DNA from: Candidatus Cloacimonadota bacterium
Lineage (GTDB): Bacteria; Cloacimonadota; Cloacimonadia; Cloacimonadales; WRIO01
Assembly (NCBI GenBank): GCA_029564175.1
Contig: JAKQQL010000431.1
Coordinates: 1 to 17,379, forward strand
Length of the DNA stretch: 17,379 bases
Reading direction: 5' to 3'
The stretch's first letter is position 1; each line of letters starts with the position of its first letter. Made by a program: the position numbers and the translations under genes. Positions 1 to 7,777 of this stretch are shown here, piece by piece. The notes below the pieces were generated by a model that ran no database searches, was not told the DNA's origin, and was given only the letters and a program-made list of their open reading frames with translations.

Positions 1-234
1 ATTCTGTTTCTTTTACATTGTCAAAGAAGACACTCATGTCGTCAACGCTATACATATCTATTGTTAATTGCTTGTGAGAATCATTTTTCTTAAACATATT
101 AAACCTACTTTTCACTTGTTATATTTAAGTACATTTTATACTCTTTATGTTTTTCGTCAAGAATTATTTCTGTATTTATGTATATATTTTTCCTATTATA
201 TATTTACAGTATGTTTTTATAGTGGGCTCATAAA

Positions 235-1320
235 TTATTACCTGAATTAAAAATTGGAGACCTAATTGCCAAAATTCCGATCATACAAGGCGGAATGGGA
301 GTAGGTATATCAATGTCCGGACTGGCATCTGCAGTGGCTAATGCCGGAGGTATTGGTGTGATTTCAACCGTTGGACTGGGTGCGATGAGACCTGTTTCCG
401 GAAAAAATTATCCGGAAGCGAATACCCAAATGTTAAAAGAAGAAATTCAGAATGCCAGAAAACTAAGTAAGGGGATCATTGGCCTTAACATTATGGTTGC
501 TCTTTCCAATTTTGATGATATGTTAAAAACCGCTTTTGAAGAAAACATTGATATTATTTTCATGGGCGCAGGGCTGGCTTTAAAACTACCCGAAAGCATC
601 ACGAATGAATATTTGCAAAAAGCAAAAACTAAGATCGGAATGATTGTCTCTTCTGCAAGAGCTACCAAATTACTTATTCAACACTGGGCAGAAAAATTTT
701 CAAGAGTGCCGGATGTAATTGTAGTCGAAGGTCCAAAAGCGGGCGGTCATTTAGGGTTTAAACCTGAACAGATTGACGATCCTAATTTTGCATTAGAAAA
801 ACTGGTTCCAGAAATCAAAGCTGAGATTATACCACTTGAAGAAAAATACAATCAAAAGATTGCTTTAGTTGCTGGTGGTGGTGTATATACAGGCGCAGAT
901 ATAAAAAAAATTATGGATTTAGGCGCAGATGGAGTGCAAATGGGTACCCGTTTTGTTGCTACTCATGAATGTGATGCAGATATCGCTTTCAAAGAATCTT
1001 ATATCTCTTGTAAAAAAGAAGATATTGGCATTATAAAAAGTCCGGTTGGATTACCAGGCAGAGCGATTATCAATCAGTTCCTTACTGATGTATCCAATGG
1101 TGTTAAAAAACCATTTACCTGCCCTTGGAAATGCCTTAAAACATGTGATTTTAGAACTGCACCATACTGTATTGCGCAGGCTTTGTTAAATTCACAAAAA
1201 GGCAAGTTAGCAGATGGTTTTGCCTTTGCCGGTGCCAATGCCTGGATGGTGGATAAGATAGTCAGTGTTCAGGAACTGGTCGATCAGCTTCAGGCTGAAT
1301 ATGCCGAGTGTTTTGCATAA
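235..1320 (+). CDS. Nitronate monooxygenase/FabK-family FMN TIM-barrel enzyme, FabX/UfaA-like subfamily with C-terminal 4-Cys cluster; start uncertain (first usable ATG at 295, homology extends to about 235)
   Basis: The in-frame upstream sequence reads LLPELKIGDLIAKIPIIQGG into MGVGIS, the conserved PIIQGGMG motif. Also EGPKAGGHLG (catalytic His), AGGGV, GADGVQMGTRF and CPWKCLKTC...YCIA. Confidence 0.85.
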   Translation, partial: LLPELKIGDLIAKIPIIQGGMGVGISMSGLASAVANAGGIGVISTVGLGAMRPVSGKNYPEANTQMLKEEIQNARKLSKGIIGLNIMVALSNFDDMLKTAFEENIDIIFMGAGLALKLPESITNEYLQKAKTKIGMIVSSARATKLLIQHWAEKFSRVPDVIVVEGPKAGGHLGFKPEQIDDPNFALEKLVPEIKAEIIPLEEKYNQKIALVAGGGVYTGADIKKIMDLGADGVQMGTRFVATHECDADIAFKESYISCKKEDIGIIKSPVGLPGRAIINQFLTDVSNGVKKPFTCPWKCLKTCDFRTAPYCIAQALLNSQKGKLADGFAFAGANAWMVDKIVSVQELVDQLQAEYAECFA

Positions 1321-1327
1321 ATATTTT

Positions 1328-1354
1328 AGGAGCCTATACGGCTCCTTTTTTTTT
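1328..1354 (+). terminator. Intrinsic terminator
   Basis: AGGAGCC-TATAC-GGCTCCT stem-loop followed by a T8 tract, 7 nt after the stop of the first CDS. Confidence 0.9.
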
Positions 1355-1574
1355 GTAAAATGAATTGGTTTTGATTTTAGATAAACACTCATTGAAAACC
1401 AATTGCCCTCAATATATATTACCCGGACAGAAATGCAGATTCTTGTCTTTTTAGCAGATTTATTTTTTTTTCTTTTAAAAATGTTAAATTGGTTTTAAAA
1501 ATGAAGGGTTTTCTGAAAAGTGCGCAGAAATAAATGAGAAATCTAATTTTATTCTTAATTTTAAAACAATTCAC

Positions 1575-1601
1575 CACTAAGATCACAAAGAGCACTAAGA
1601 A
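1575..1601 (+). repeat. Degenerate 9-nt tandem repeat (3 units)
   Basis: CACTAAGAT CACAAAGAG CACTAAGAA. Confidence 0.6.
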
Positions 1602-1654
1602 TACTTGATTTTTTCATCGCTACAAACAAGTTATTCATTATTTGATTATTCAAT

Positions 1655-2287
1655 CTACTTCTTACTTATAACTACAAAATAATCCCTGCTGATTTTTTCG
1701 ATGGATACTTCAATATTTGGTAAAGAATCAAACAGTTTATTCAAATCAGAACGAGTGTATAAATATAAAGGGCATTTTTTCTTATAGCGGAGTTTTCTCT
1801 GCCATGCTAAAATCCCTTCTGCCACAGGGAAACTAAACATAGCTTTCTCTTTTGTTAATTTTATAATCTGTTGAATCAAAGAGACCGGTTCTTTAATATA
1901 ATCCATAAAACCCATAAGAATAACAAAGTCAAATTCTTCATCTTTAAAGTCATAAATATCTTTTACTAAAAATTGACAATTATTAGTAACCTGTTTTTCT
2001 TTTGCTAATTGGTTAGCGAGTTCTATCATTTTATCAGAAAAATCTATACCCAACACTTTTTTTGCACCCATTTGAGCAAGCAAAACAGAGTAGTGTCCCG
2101 GTCCGCATCCAACATCAAATACCGTTTTATCTTTAATCGGTTCACAATTCTCTATCGTTTTCTCAAATCGTAAACGCATGCTTTTTCTGAAAAACTTGTC
2201 AATTATTCGATAAAACCAGCCTCTTGTTGCATAAATAGAATTAAAATCTACTGAATAATCATTAAAAAACTGCTTTGTATTACCCAT
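1655..2287 (-). CDS. Class I SAM-dependent methyltransferase
   Basis: Motif I VFDVGCGPG, post-I VLGIDFS, motif II EEFDFVI. Starts 3 nt after the upstream deacetylase stop. Confidence 0.9.
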   Translation of the reverse strand: MGNTKQFFNDYSVDFNSIYATRGWFYRIIDKFFRKSMRLRFEKTIENCEPIKDKTVFDVGCGPGHYSVLLAQMGAKKVLGIDFSDKMIELANQLAKEKQVTNNCQFLVKDIYDFKDEEFDFVILMGFMDYIKEPVSLIQQIIKLTKEKAMFSFPVAEGILAWQRKLRYKKKCPLYLYTRSDLNKLFDSLPNIEVSIEKISRDYFVVISKK

Positions 2288-2290
2288 ACA

Positions 2291-3124
2291 TTACTTCCTT
2301 TTCAAATAATAATTTCTCATTGTTTCAAAATGATTGTTTGACAAAATATTTCGTAATTTTCCTTCAGTTGATTGAAGGTTAACATAAGACTTAAAATGTC
2401 TGAAAAAATTCATTTTAATTCTTGGATGGGAGGGGTCAATTTCACGGGGATGAATATAAAATACAACAGGTCTGCCTTGATTATTAACTTTTTTTGTTTC
2501 ATGGCGGATTATCATATGATGAAAAAATCGCAGATACCCACCTCCAAAAAAACATATCCGTTTATTCAATACATTTGATACACTTATTGGAAATTCAAAA
2601 ATTCTGCCAACTGAAGTCTCAATGAAACTTGGAAACAGAATATCCGTATTAAAACCACCATGACCATGCTTTGCTGGAAAAATTGAAGAATCATATTGGT
2701 AACCTGCATTAATCAATTCTTCAAAAAAATAAGGATTCTCATTTATGACAGAAAAACCAGGTGCACGGTAACCTAAAATTTCTTCTCCGCAAATATCTTC
2801 TAAACACTTTTTTGATTCCTTTATATCCTGGATAAACTCCCTTTTGGATTGTGTGCGAACCATTTGATGATACATCCCATGAGATGCAATATCATGACCT
2901 CTTTCTTTTGCTAATCGGACTAAATGAGGGAAGCGTTTTGCAATATATCCTAAGAAAAAACAGGTGGTTTTCACATCATAAGCTTGCATAAGGTTCATCA
3001 TCTTTATAAAATTTTTTTCAACAGTCGAGGGAATACTATCCCATTCAGAGATTGAAGGAGTTCCTTCTACATCCAACACATGATAATGATCTTCAACATC
3101 TATTGTCATTATATTATTCATCAT
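2291..3124 (-). CDS. Polysaccharide deacetylase family protein (CE4/NodB domain plus DUF3473-type C-terminus; XrtA/PEP-CTERM-locus-like subfamily)
   Basis: TIDVED, HDIASHG, GYRAPGFS, YDSS, GGGYLR and FYIHPREIDP motifs. GAGGTG RBS upstream. Confidence 0.88.
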   Translation of the reverse strand: MMNNIMTIDVEDHYHVLDVEGTPSISEWDSIPSTVEKNFIKMMNLMQAYDVKTTCFFLGYIAKRFPHLVRLAKERGHDIASHGMYHQMVRTQSKREFIQDIKESKKCLEDICGEEILGYRAPGFSVINENPYFFEELINAGYQYDSSIFPAKHGHGGFNTDILFPSFIETSVGRIFEFPISVSNVLNKRICFFGGGYLRFFHHMIIRHETKKVNNQGRPVVFYIHPREIDPSHPRIKMNFFRHFKSYVNLQSTEGKLRNILSNNHFETMRNYYLKRK

Positions 3125-3262
3125 AAGTCACCTCTATTGAAGTTATAATTTTTAAATATACACTTTATCTGTCAATCTATATTTATCTTTACTCAGACTG
3201 ATAGTATTTTATCTATGGAGCATATTGAATGTTTTTTTATCAACATGTAATTCAGGAAACTT

Positions 3263-3901
3263 TTACACACCTTTTTGTTCTGGTGACCATATAAATTTAT
3301 GGATTTGTAACTGGAATCTGACATCCAGTCTGTCTCTGATAATCCACTCAGCTATTACACGAGGTTCAAGTTTGTTTAAAACAGTAGAGAAGATGATTGA
3401 TTCGCCTGCTAAATGATTGTTTTTTAAAAATGCCTTAGCCCATAAGTAGTCATTTTCAGAGCTAATCACAAATTTCAGGTTATCTCTTTCCGGCTTAAAG
3501 TACAGCAGATTTTCTTTTAGAAAAGATTTCCCTTCCCCACTGTCAGGGCATTTCACATCAATGATTTTATGAACATAATCAGGTATCTGAGACAAATCTA
3601 TAGAGCCATTTGTTTCAATCAGAATTTGATATTTCCTATCATATAAAAGAGAAATCAGTACCGATAGATCAGGTTGCAGAAGCGGTTCTCCACCGGTTAG
3701 TTCTACCAGCTTTACAGGGCTATATGCTTGTATTCTCTCACATAATTCATGAGGTGTCAGGGTTTCATTTATTTCTGTATGATACTGTGTATCACAGTAA
3801 GAGCAATTCAGATTACATCCACAGAAACGGATGAAAATACAAGGTAATCCACTAAAAGTAGATTCACCCTGAATACTTAAAAATATTTCATTGATATTCA
3901 T
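3263..3901 (-). CDS. queE: 7-carboxy-7-deazaguanine synthase (radical SAM)
   Basis: EIFLSIQGE, CNLNCSYCDT (CxxxCxxC), LTGGEPLLQ, IETNG and C-terminal QLQIHK. Confidence 0.9.
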   Translation of the reverse strand: MNINEIFLSIQGESTFSGLPCIFIRFCGCNLNCSYCDTQYHTEINETLTPHELCERIQAYSPVKLVELTGGEPLLQPDLSVLISLLYDRKYQILIETNGSIDLSQIPDYVHKIIDVKCPDSGEGKSFLKENLLYFKPERDNLKFVISSENDYLWAKAFLKNNHLAGESIIFSTVLNKLEPRVIAEWIIRDRLDVRFQLQIHKFIWSPEQKGV

Positions 3902-3920
3902 TTGATTGATTCCTGAGAGG

Positions 3921-4039
3921 ATACAAGCAAGGTGCTTGTATTATTTGATGTTGAAATTATTTTGCGTTTTTAACTCGCACTCCGCTTTGCTCCGTTGCAA
4001 GTCAAATCCGCATATTACAAGCTGGTAGCTTGCGTTACA
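3921..4039. repeat. REP-like palindrome mosaic (spacer between amidohydrolase and queE)
   Basis: ATACAAGCA-AGG-TGCTTGTAT (3921-3941); imperfect hairpin 3963-4012 with core TCCGCTTTGCTCC; ACAAGCTGGTAGCTTGCGTTACA (4017-4039). Confidence 0.8.
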
Positions 4040-5248
4040 TTACTCCCATGGGAGATATGGCAGAGATTTGTGATAACCTAAGATTTCATCTATTTTGGCT
4101 GTAATCTTTTCCGGATGGCCGATCACAAATTTCTCCTTATTACCCACTTTAAAGGTGTAATAGTCGTTCTCATTGACATTCATATATTCCATAAAGGAAA
4201 TGTCTCCATATATAGGGATTCCCTTTTGAACCATCAGATGAATATCATCCATTTCTTGATGAAGAATATTATCAAAAGCATACTCTTTTTTGTTTGACAT
4301 AATCAGAATGTTTTTCGCTGGATCAATTAACTCAGGGTCATTGATATACATTGCCCGATATGCATTATGAGTTACCATTCGATATAGGATTTTAGCATCA
4401 ATATCAGGGAATTTTTTATGCGCAAAACGAATTTCTTCTATCAGATTGATACTGCCGGTCAAAGTGGAATCAGTTCCAATGACGACATTTATCCCTTTTT
4501 CCATACATGATTTAATATCAAGTGTTTGTCCTATCAAATAGTAATTAGAACCTGGACACCAGCAAATCGAAGCACCTATTTGCTTTACATCATCTAATTC
4601 TGGACGTGTCAGACATATTCCATGAATGATGAGAGTATTTTGTTTTAGCAATCCTGCCTTTTTTAGCTTTGAAAACTCTAAACGTGTATTTTCATCCAAC
4701 CCTTCAGCCAAATGAATGATAAAAGGCATTTTACCTTCAGTTCTAATCATTTCCTGTTCAGGGGTGTTTCCGCCCCACCAGTTACCCAGTGTTATGGAAT
4801 GACATTGACCATAATGTCTGACGACTTCTATCGGAAACATATCATAGTATTCTGAAACTTGTTGTGTACCATGATCCTGAACGATTGAAGCACCTGAAAA
4901 GAGGTTTTTAAATGCACCCAATTTAACTAATAAAGGTGCATTGCCACTCATCATATTGAAACTGCCATCATTGGTCCATATCTTATTTCTTTCCTGAACA
5001 CTTGAAGAAGTTTTATTATCTTCTACCCAAATATGCGAATTGATATAAGGGGCATTTGTTCCAGATCGAGGATACCAGTTACCAATCAGATGATCATGAG
5101 AATTGATTATTGGAATACTATTAAGAAAATGTTCTGAATCCCAATGGTATTCACCCTTTTTAAAATATGGACTATCAATCTCAATCCTTTGATCAGGGCG
5201 AACCTCATCAATGGATTTGATAGATTGTTTTACTTTAATTTTAAACAT
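4040..5248 (-). CDS. Amidohydrolase superfamily metal-dependent hydrolase (deaminase-like)
   Basis: Metal-binding motifs INSHDHL (HxH), IIHLAEG, IIHG, CPGSN and GTDS. The ATG directly follows the etfA stop. Confidence 0.85.
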   Translation of the reverse strand: MFKIKVKQSIKSIDEVRPDQRIEIDSPYFKKGEYHWDSEHFLNSIPIINSHDHLIGNWYPRSGTNAPYINSHIWVEDNKTSSSVQERNKIWTNDGSFNMMSGNAPLLVKLGAFKNLFSGASIVQDHGTQQVSEYYDMFPIEVVRHYGQCHSITLGNWWGGNTPEQEMIRTEGKMPFIIHLAEGLDENTRLEFSKLKKAGLLKQNTLIIHGICLTRPELDDVKQIGASICWCPGSNYYLIGQTLDIKSCMEKGINVVIGTDSTLTGSINLIEEIRFAHKKFPDIDAKILYRMVTHNAYRAMYINDPELIDPAKNILIMSNKKEYAFDNILHQEMDDIHLMVQKGIPIYGDISFMEYMNVNENDYYTFKVGNKEKFVIGHPEKITAKIDEILGYHKSLPYLPWE

Positions 5249-6430
5249 TTATTGGTTAAATCTCTTGATTGTCAGAGGTAATATTTCAAACAAATCACCA
5301 ACAACACCTAAATCAGCCGCTTTAAAAATGGGAGCATCTTTGTCTTTATTGATGGCAATGATATAGTCAGATGACTGCATACCAGCTAAATGCTGAATAG
5401 CACCTGAAATACCCACGGCAATGTAAATTTTTGGTTTTATGGTTTTTCCTGTCTGTCCAACCTGATGCGGATAAGGAATCCATTCAGCGTCAACAGCAGC
5501 TCTTGAAGCGCCTACAGCTCCTTCAAGTACATCAGCCAGTTGCTTTAACATTTCAAAATTCTTAGCTTCTTTAAGACCACGGCCACCAGCAACCACAAAG
5601 TTTGCCTCGGTGATATTGACTTGTGAACCTTCATCTTTGATACTTTCAAGAAACCGAACTGGGTATTCTTTGGTATCAAAATCAAATTCCTCGGCAATTA
5701 CTGCTCCAGAACGGTTACTATCTTTTGGGAATGGAACCATTACTTTGTGTCTGACAGTTGCAATCTGGGGTCTGTGGTTTGGGGTTAAAATCGTAGCCAT
5801 AATATTGCCACCGAAAGCAGGACGAGTCTGCATCAAATTGCCAGTTTCCTGATCAATATCAAGACTGGTACAATCTGCTGTTAACCCTGTGTGTAACTTG
5901 ATAGCAACACGTGGGATAAATGATCTGCCCACATTGCTTGCCCCAGCAAGAATAATTTCAGGTTTATATTTTTCTGCAAGTGCAACTAACGCATCAGTAT
6001 AAGCCTGATCTGTAAAATCTTTTACAGCTAAGTCATCTATTGTAATCACTTTATCAGCACCACAGGCAACTAATTCATCGCAAAGACCTTCAACCTGGTG
6101 TCCCAGTAAAACTGCTGTCAGTTCTGTTTCACGCTTATCAGCCAGTTCTCTGCCTTTTCCAAGTAACTCAAAGACAACCGGAGAAATCACATTTTCACGT
6201 TGCTCAGCAAATACCCATACCCCTGAATAATCTTCTTTTTTTATCACAGAATAACTTTCTTTTCTCACGAAGATCGCTTCAAAAGGACATGAGCTCACGC
6301 ATGCTCCGCAAAGTGTACATGAATCAGCATTTATTTCTGCACATTTATCAACTATTGTAATTGCATTATAAGCACATGCCTTGACGCATTTTCCACATCC
6401 AACGCATTTATTGATGATTACTTCGATCAT
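5249..6430 (-). CDS. etfA: Electron transfer flavoprotein alpha subunit with N-terminal 2x[4Fe-4S] ferredoxin domain
   Basis: CVGCGKCVKAC and CTLCGACVSSCP; GLTADCT, TRPAFGGN, AGGRG, GASRAAVD, QVGQTGK, GISGAIQH, AINKD. AGGAG RBS. Confidence 0.95.
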   Translation of the reverse strand: MIEVIINKCVGCGKCVKACAYNAITIVDKCAEINADSCTLCGACVSSCPFEAIFVRKESYSVIKKEDYSGVWVFAEQRENVISPVVFELLGKGRELADKRETELTAVLLGHQVEGLCDELVACGADKVITIDDLAVKDFTDQAYTDALVALAEKYKPEIILAGASNVGRSFIPRVAIKLHTGLTADCTSLDIDQETGNLMQTRPAFGGNIMATILTPNHRPQIATVRHKVMVPFPKDSNRSGAVIAEEFDFDTKEYPVRFLESIKDEGSQVNITEANFVVAGGRGLKEAKNFEMLKQLADVLEGAVGASRAAVDAEWIPYPHQVGQTGKTIKPKIYIAVGISGAIQHLAGMQSSDYIIAINKDKDAPIFKAADLGVVGDLFEILPLTIKRFNQ

Positions 6431-6463
6431 CTTAACTCCTTAAAATAGATAATTGAGCTATTA

Positions 6464-7393
6464 TTACTTTTTGACGCATTTTTTGTCAACTATTTTTACT
6501 CTGTTATACAGTTTTTCTGAAAAATAGAAGAAAATCAGCCCACAAAACACACCAGCAATGGTATCAACAAAATAATGATAATGACAATAAACCGTTGAAA
6601 CTGCCAGTAAGAAAGTAATAGGAAAGAGAACATAAGGCAGATATTTATAATATCTCATACTAATCAGACAAATGGTTAAAGCAATTGCTACATGTGAGCT
6701 GGGGAAAGCCCCGCCCAGATGGGGTGTTGAACGGTAAATAAAGGCCATAATATGTGTAAAAATACCATACCTATATTCAATAGTAAGGTCAAAAGCACCT
6801 TCCAAAGCCCGACCGCCTATCACCGGTAAAATCATATATATCAGATAACAACAGTAAAAAACAAAAGTGATGTTAAACACAAGTCGCTTGAATATCTCTT
6901 CTTTTTTTCGAAAATAGATATAAAAGGGTACACCAAAAATCATTAGATAATAGGCAAAATATGAAAAGTGAAGTAATTCTTGTAACCAATACCAATCCCA
7001 CACCGTTCCCCAATGCATTGCCGGCTGATACCCAAATATCAAAAAATCCCATTTCTGAAAGATATGATCTAAAAAGTCTTTAAAAATAACACGATTGACC
7101 CGCGATGTCGCTTCAAAGAAATACCCATACATGATCGGAGCATACCATAGATGAACAAAATGCGTCAAACGATATACCAGTCGTTTAGGTTTTATACTCA
7201 ATTGCCGGTCATAAAAGGCAATCACAAACATTGCTACCAGAATACTGAATAAGGTAATCAGCAATGTCTGAGGGTGATCAACCCGTTTATATCCAATCAG
7301 GACATAAAGTATATTAATCAACAGATATACAAATGTCAGAATATCTGTTTTATTCAATAAACCAAACAAGTTTTTTATATTTTCTTTAGACAT
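6464..7393 (-). CDS. PAP2-superfamily polytopic membrane protein, AUR1/inositol-phosphorylceramide-synthase-like
   Basis: Multiple TM helices; GAFPSSHV and HYHYFVDTIAG catalytic motifs; YFAYY segment. Start moved to ATG 7393 (MSKENIK) because the ORF-track extension to 7447 runs into a repeat. Confidence 0.8.
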   Translation of the reverse strand: MSKENIKNLFGLLNKTDILTFVYLLINILYVLIGYKRVDHPQTLLITLFSILVAMFVIAFYDRQLSIKPKRLVYRLTHFVHLWYAPIMYGYFFEATSRVNRVIFKDFLDHIFQKWDFLIFGYQPAMHWGTVWDWYWLQELLHFSYFAYYLMIFGVPFYIYFRKKEEIFKRLVFNITFVFYCCYLIYMILPVIGGRALEGAFDLTIEYRYGIFTHIMAFIYRSTPHLGGAFPSSHVAIALTICLISMRYYKYLPYVLFPITFLLAVSTVYCHYHYFVDTIAGVFCGLIFFYFSEKLYNRVKIVDKKCVKK

Positions 7394-7422
7394 GATACAC
7401 CGTTCTGCATTTTGTTGAATAC

Positions 7423-7583
7423 CGTACTGCAAACATCTTGCTTGCATTTTCCAAAAATGTAAATTGATTTTGGTTATTACTCAATATGCTTTCCTTTTCT
7501 TTTCTACAAGCAGGATACTTGTAGTATTGGAGATGCGGATTTACGGCATTCCGCTTTGCTCCATTTCGCAAATCCCTACAAAC
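7423..7583. repeat. Composite REP/MITE-like element, copy 1
   Basis: Inverted pair GTACTGCAAACATCTTGCTTGCA (7424-7446) and TACAAGCAGGATACTTGTAGTAT (7505-7527), then a 48-nt hairpin unit 7536-7583 that is 47/48 identical to 9706-9753. Confidence 0.85.
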
Positions 7584-7777
7584 TTTTTACACATATGTTG
7601 GATTCCAAATTTCCTTAACTTCATGACATTGGGGTATCACCCCGGACTGGGATTCTTTCGGTCCTTCAGAACTCTTATCTTATCACAGGCTCTACAAACC
7701 AGTAATTCCAAATATGAAAAGGATTTTTTCTTTTCCGTGTTCTTCTTTATTTCTGTGGTTGTAGAACTCAAAAACGC

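Noticed and set aside
220..222. Genome-wide TAG recoding (pyrrolysine or alternative code)
   Set aside because: TAG ends the methyltransferase, yggS and the 12674-13837 OMP at their natural C-termini, so it is a normal stop here.
68..250. 60-aa + strand ORF
   Set aside because: Low-complexity AT-rich F/Y/L translation with no RBS. It overlaps the promoter region and the true N-terminal coding region of the next gene in another frame.
3902..4039. preQ1 riboswitch upstream of queE
   Set aside because: No recognisable preQ1 aptamer or A-rich tail on the minus strand. The hairpins are explained by repeats found elsewhere in the window.
7394..7447. N-terminal extension of the PAP2 ORF (MQARCLQY...)
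   Set aside because: Derived from the REP arm. ATG 7393 is the more plausible start.
7386..7571. Small ORFs 7386-7571 and 9517-9765 sharing RNGAKRNAVNP, suggesting a peptide family
   Set aside because: The shared peptide is simply the translation of the palindromic DNA repeat. Starts and lengths differ and there is no clear RBS.
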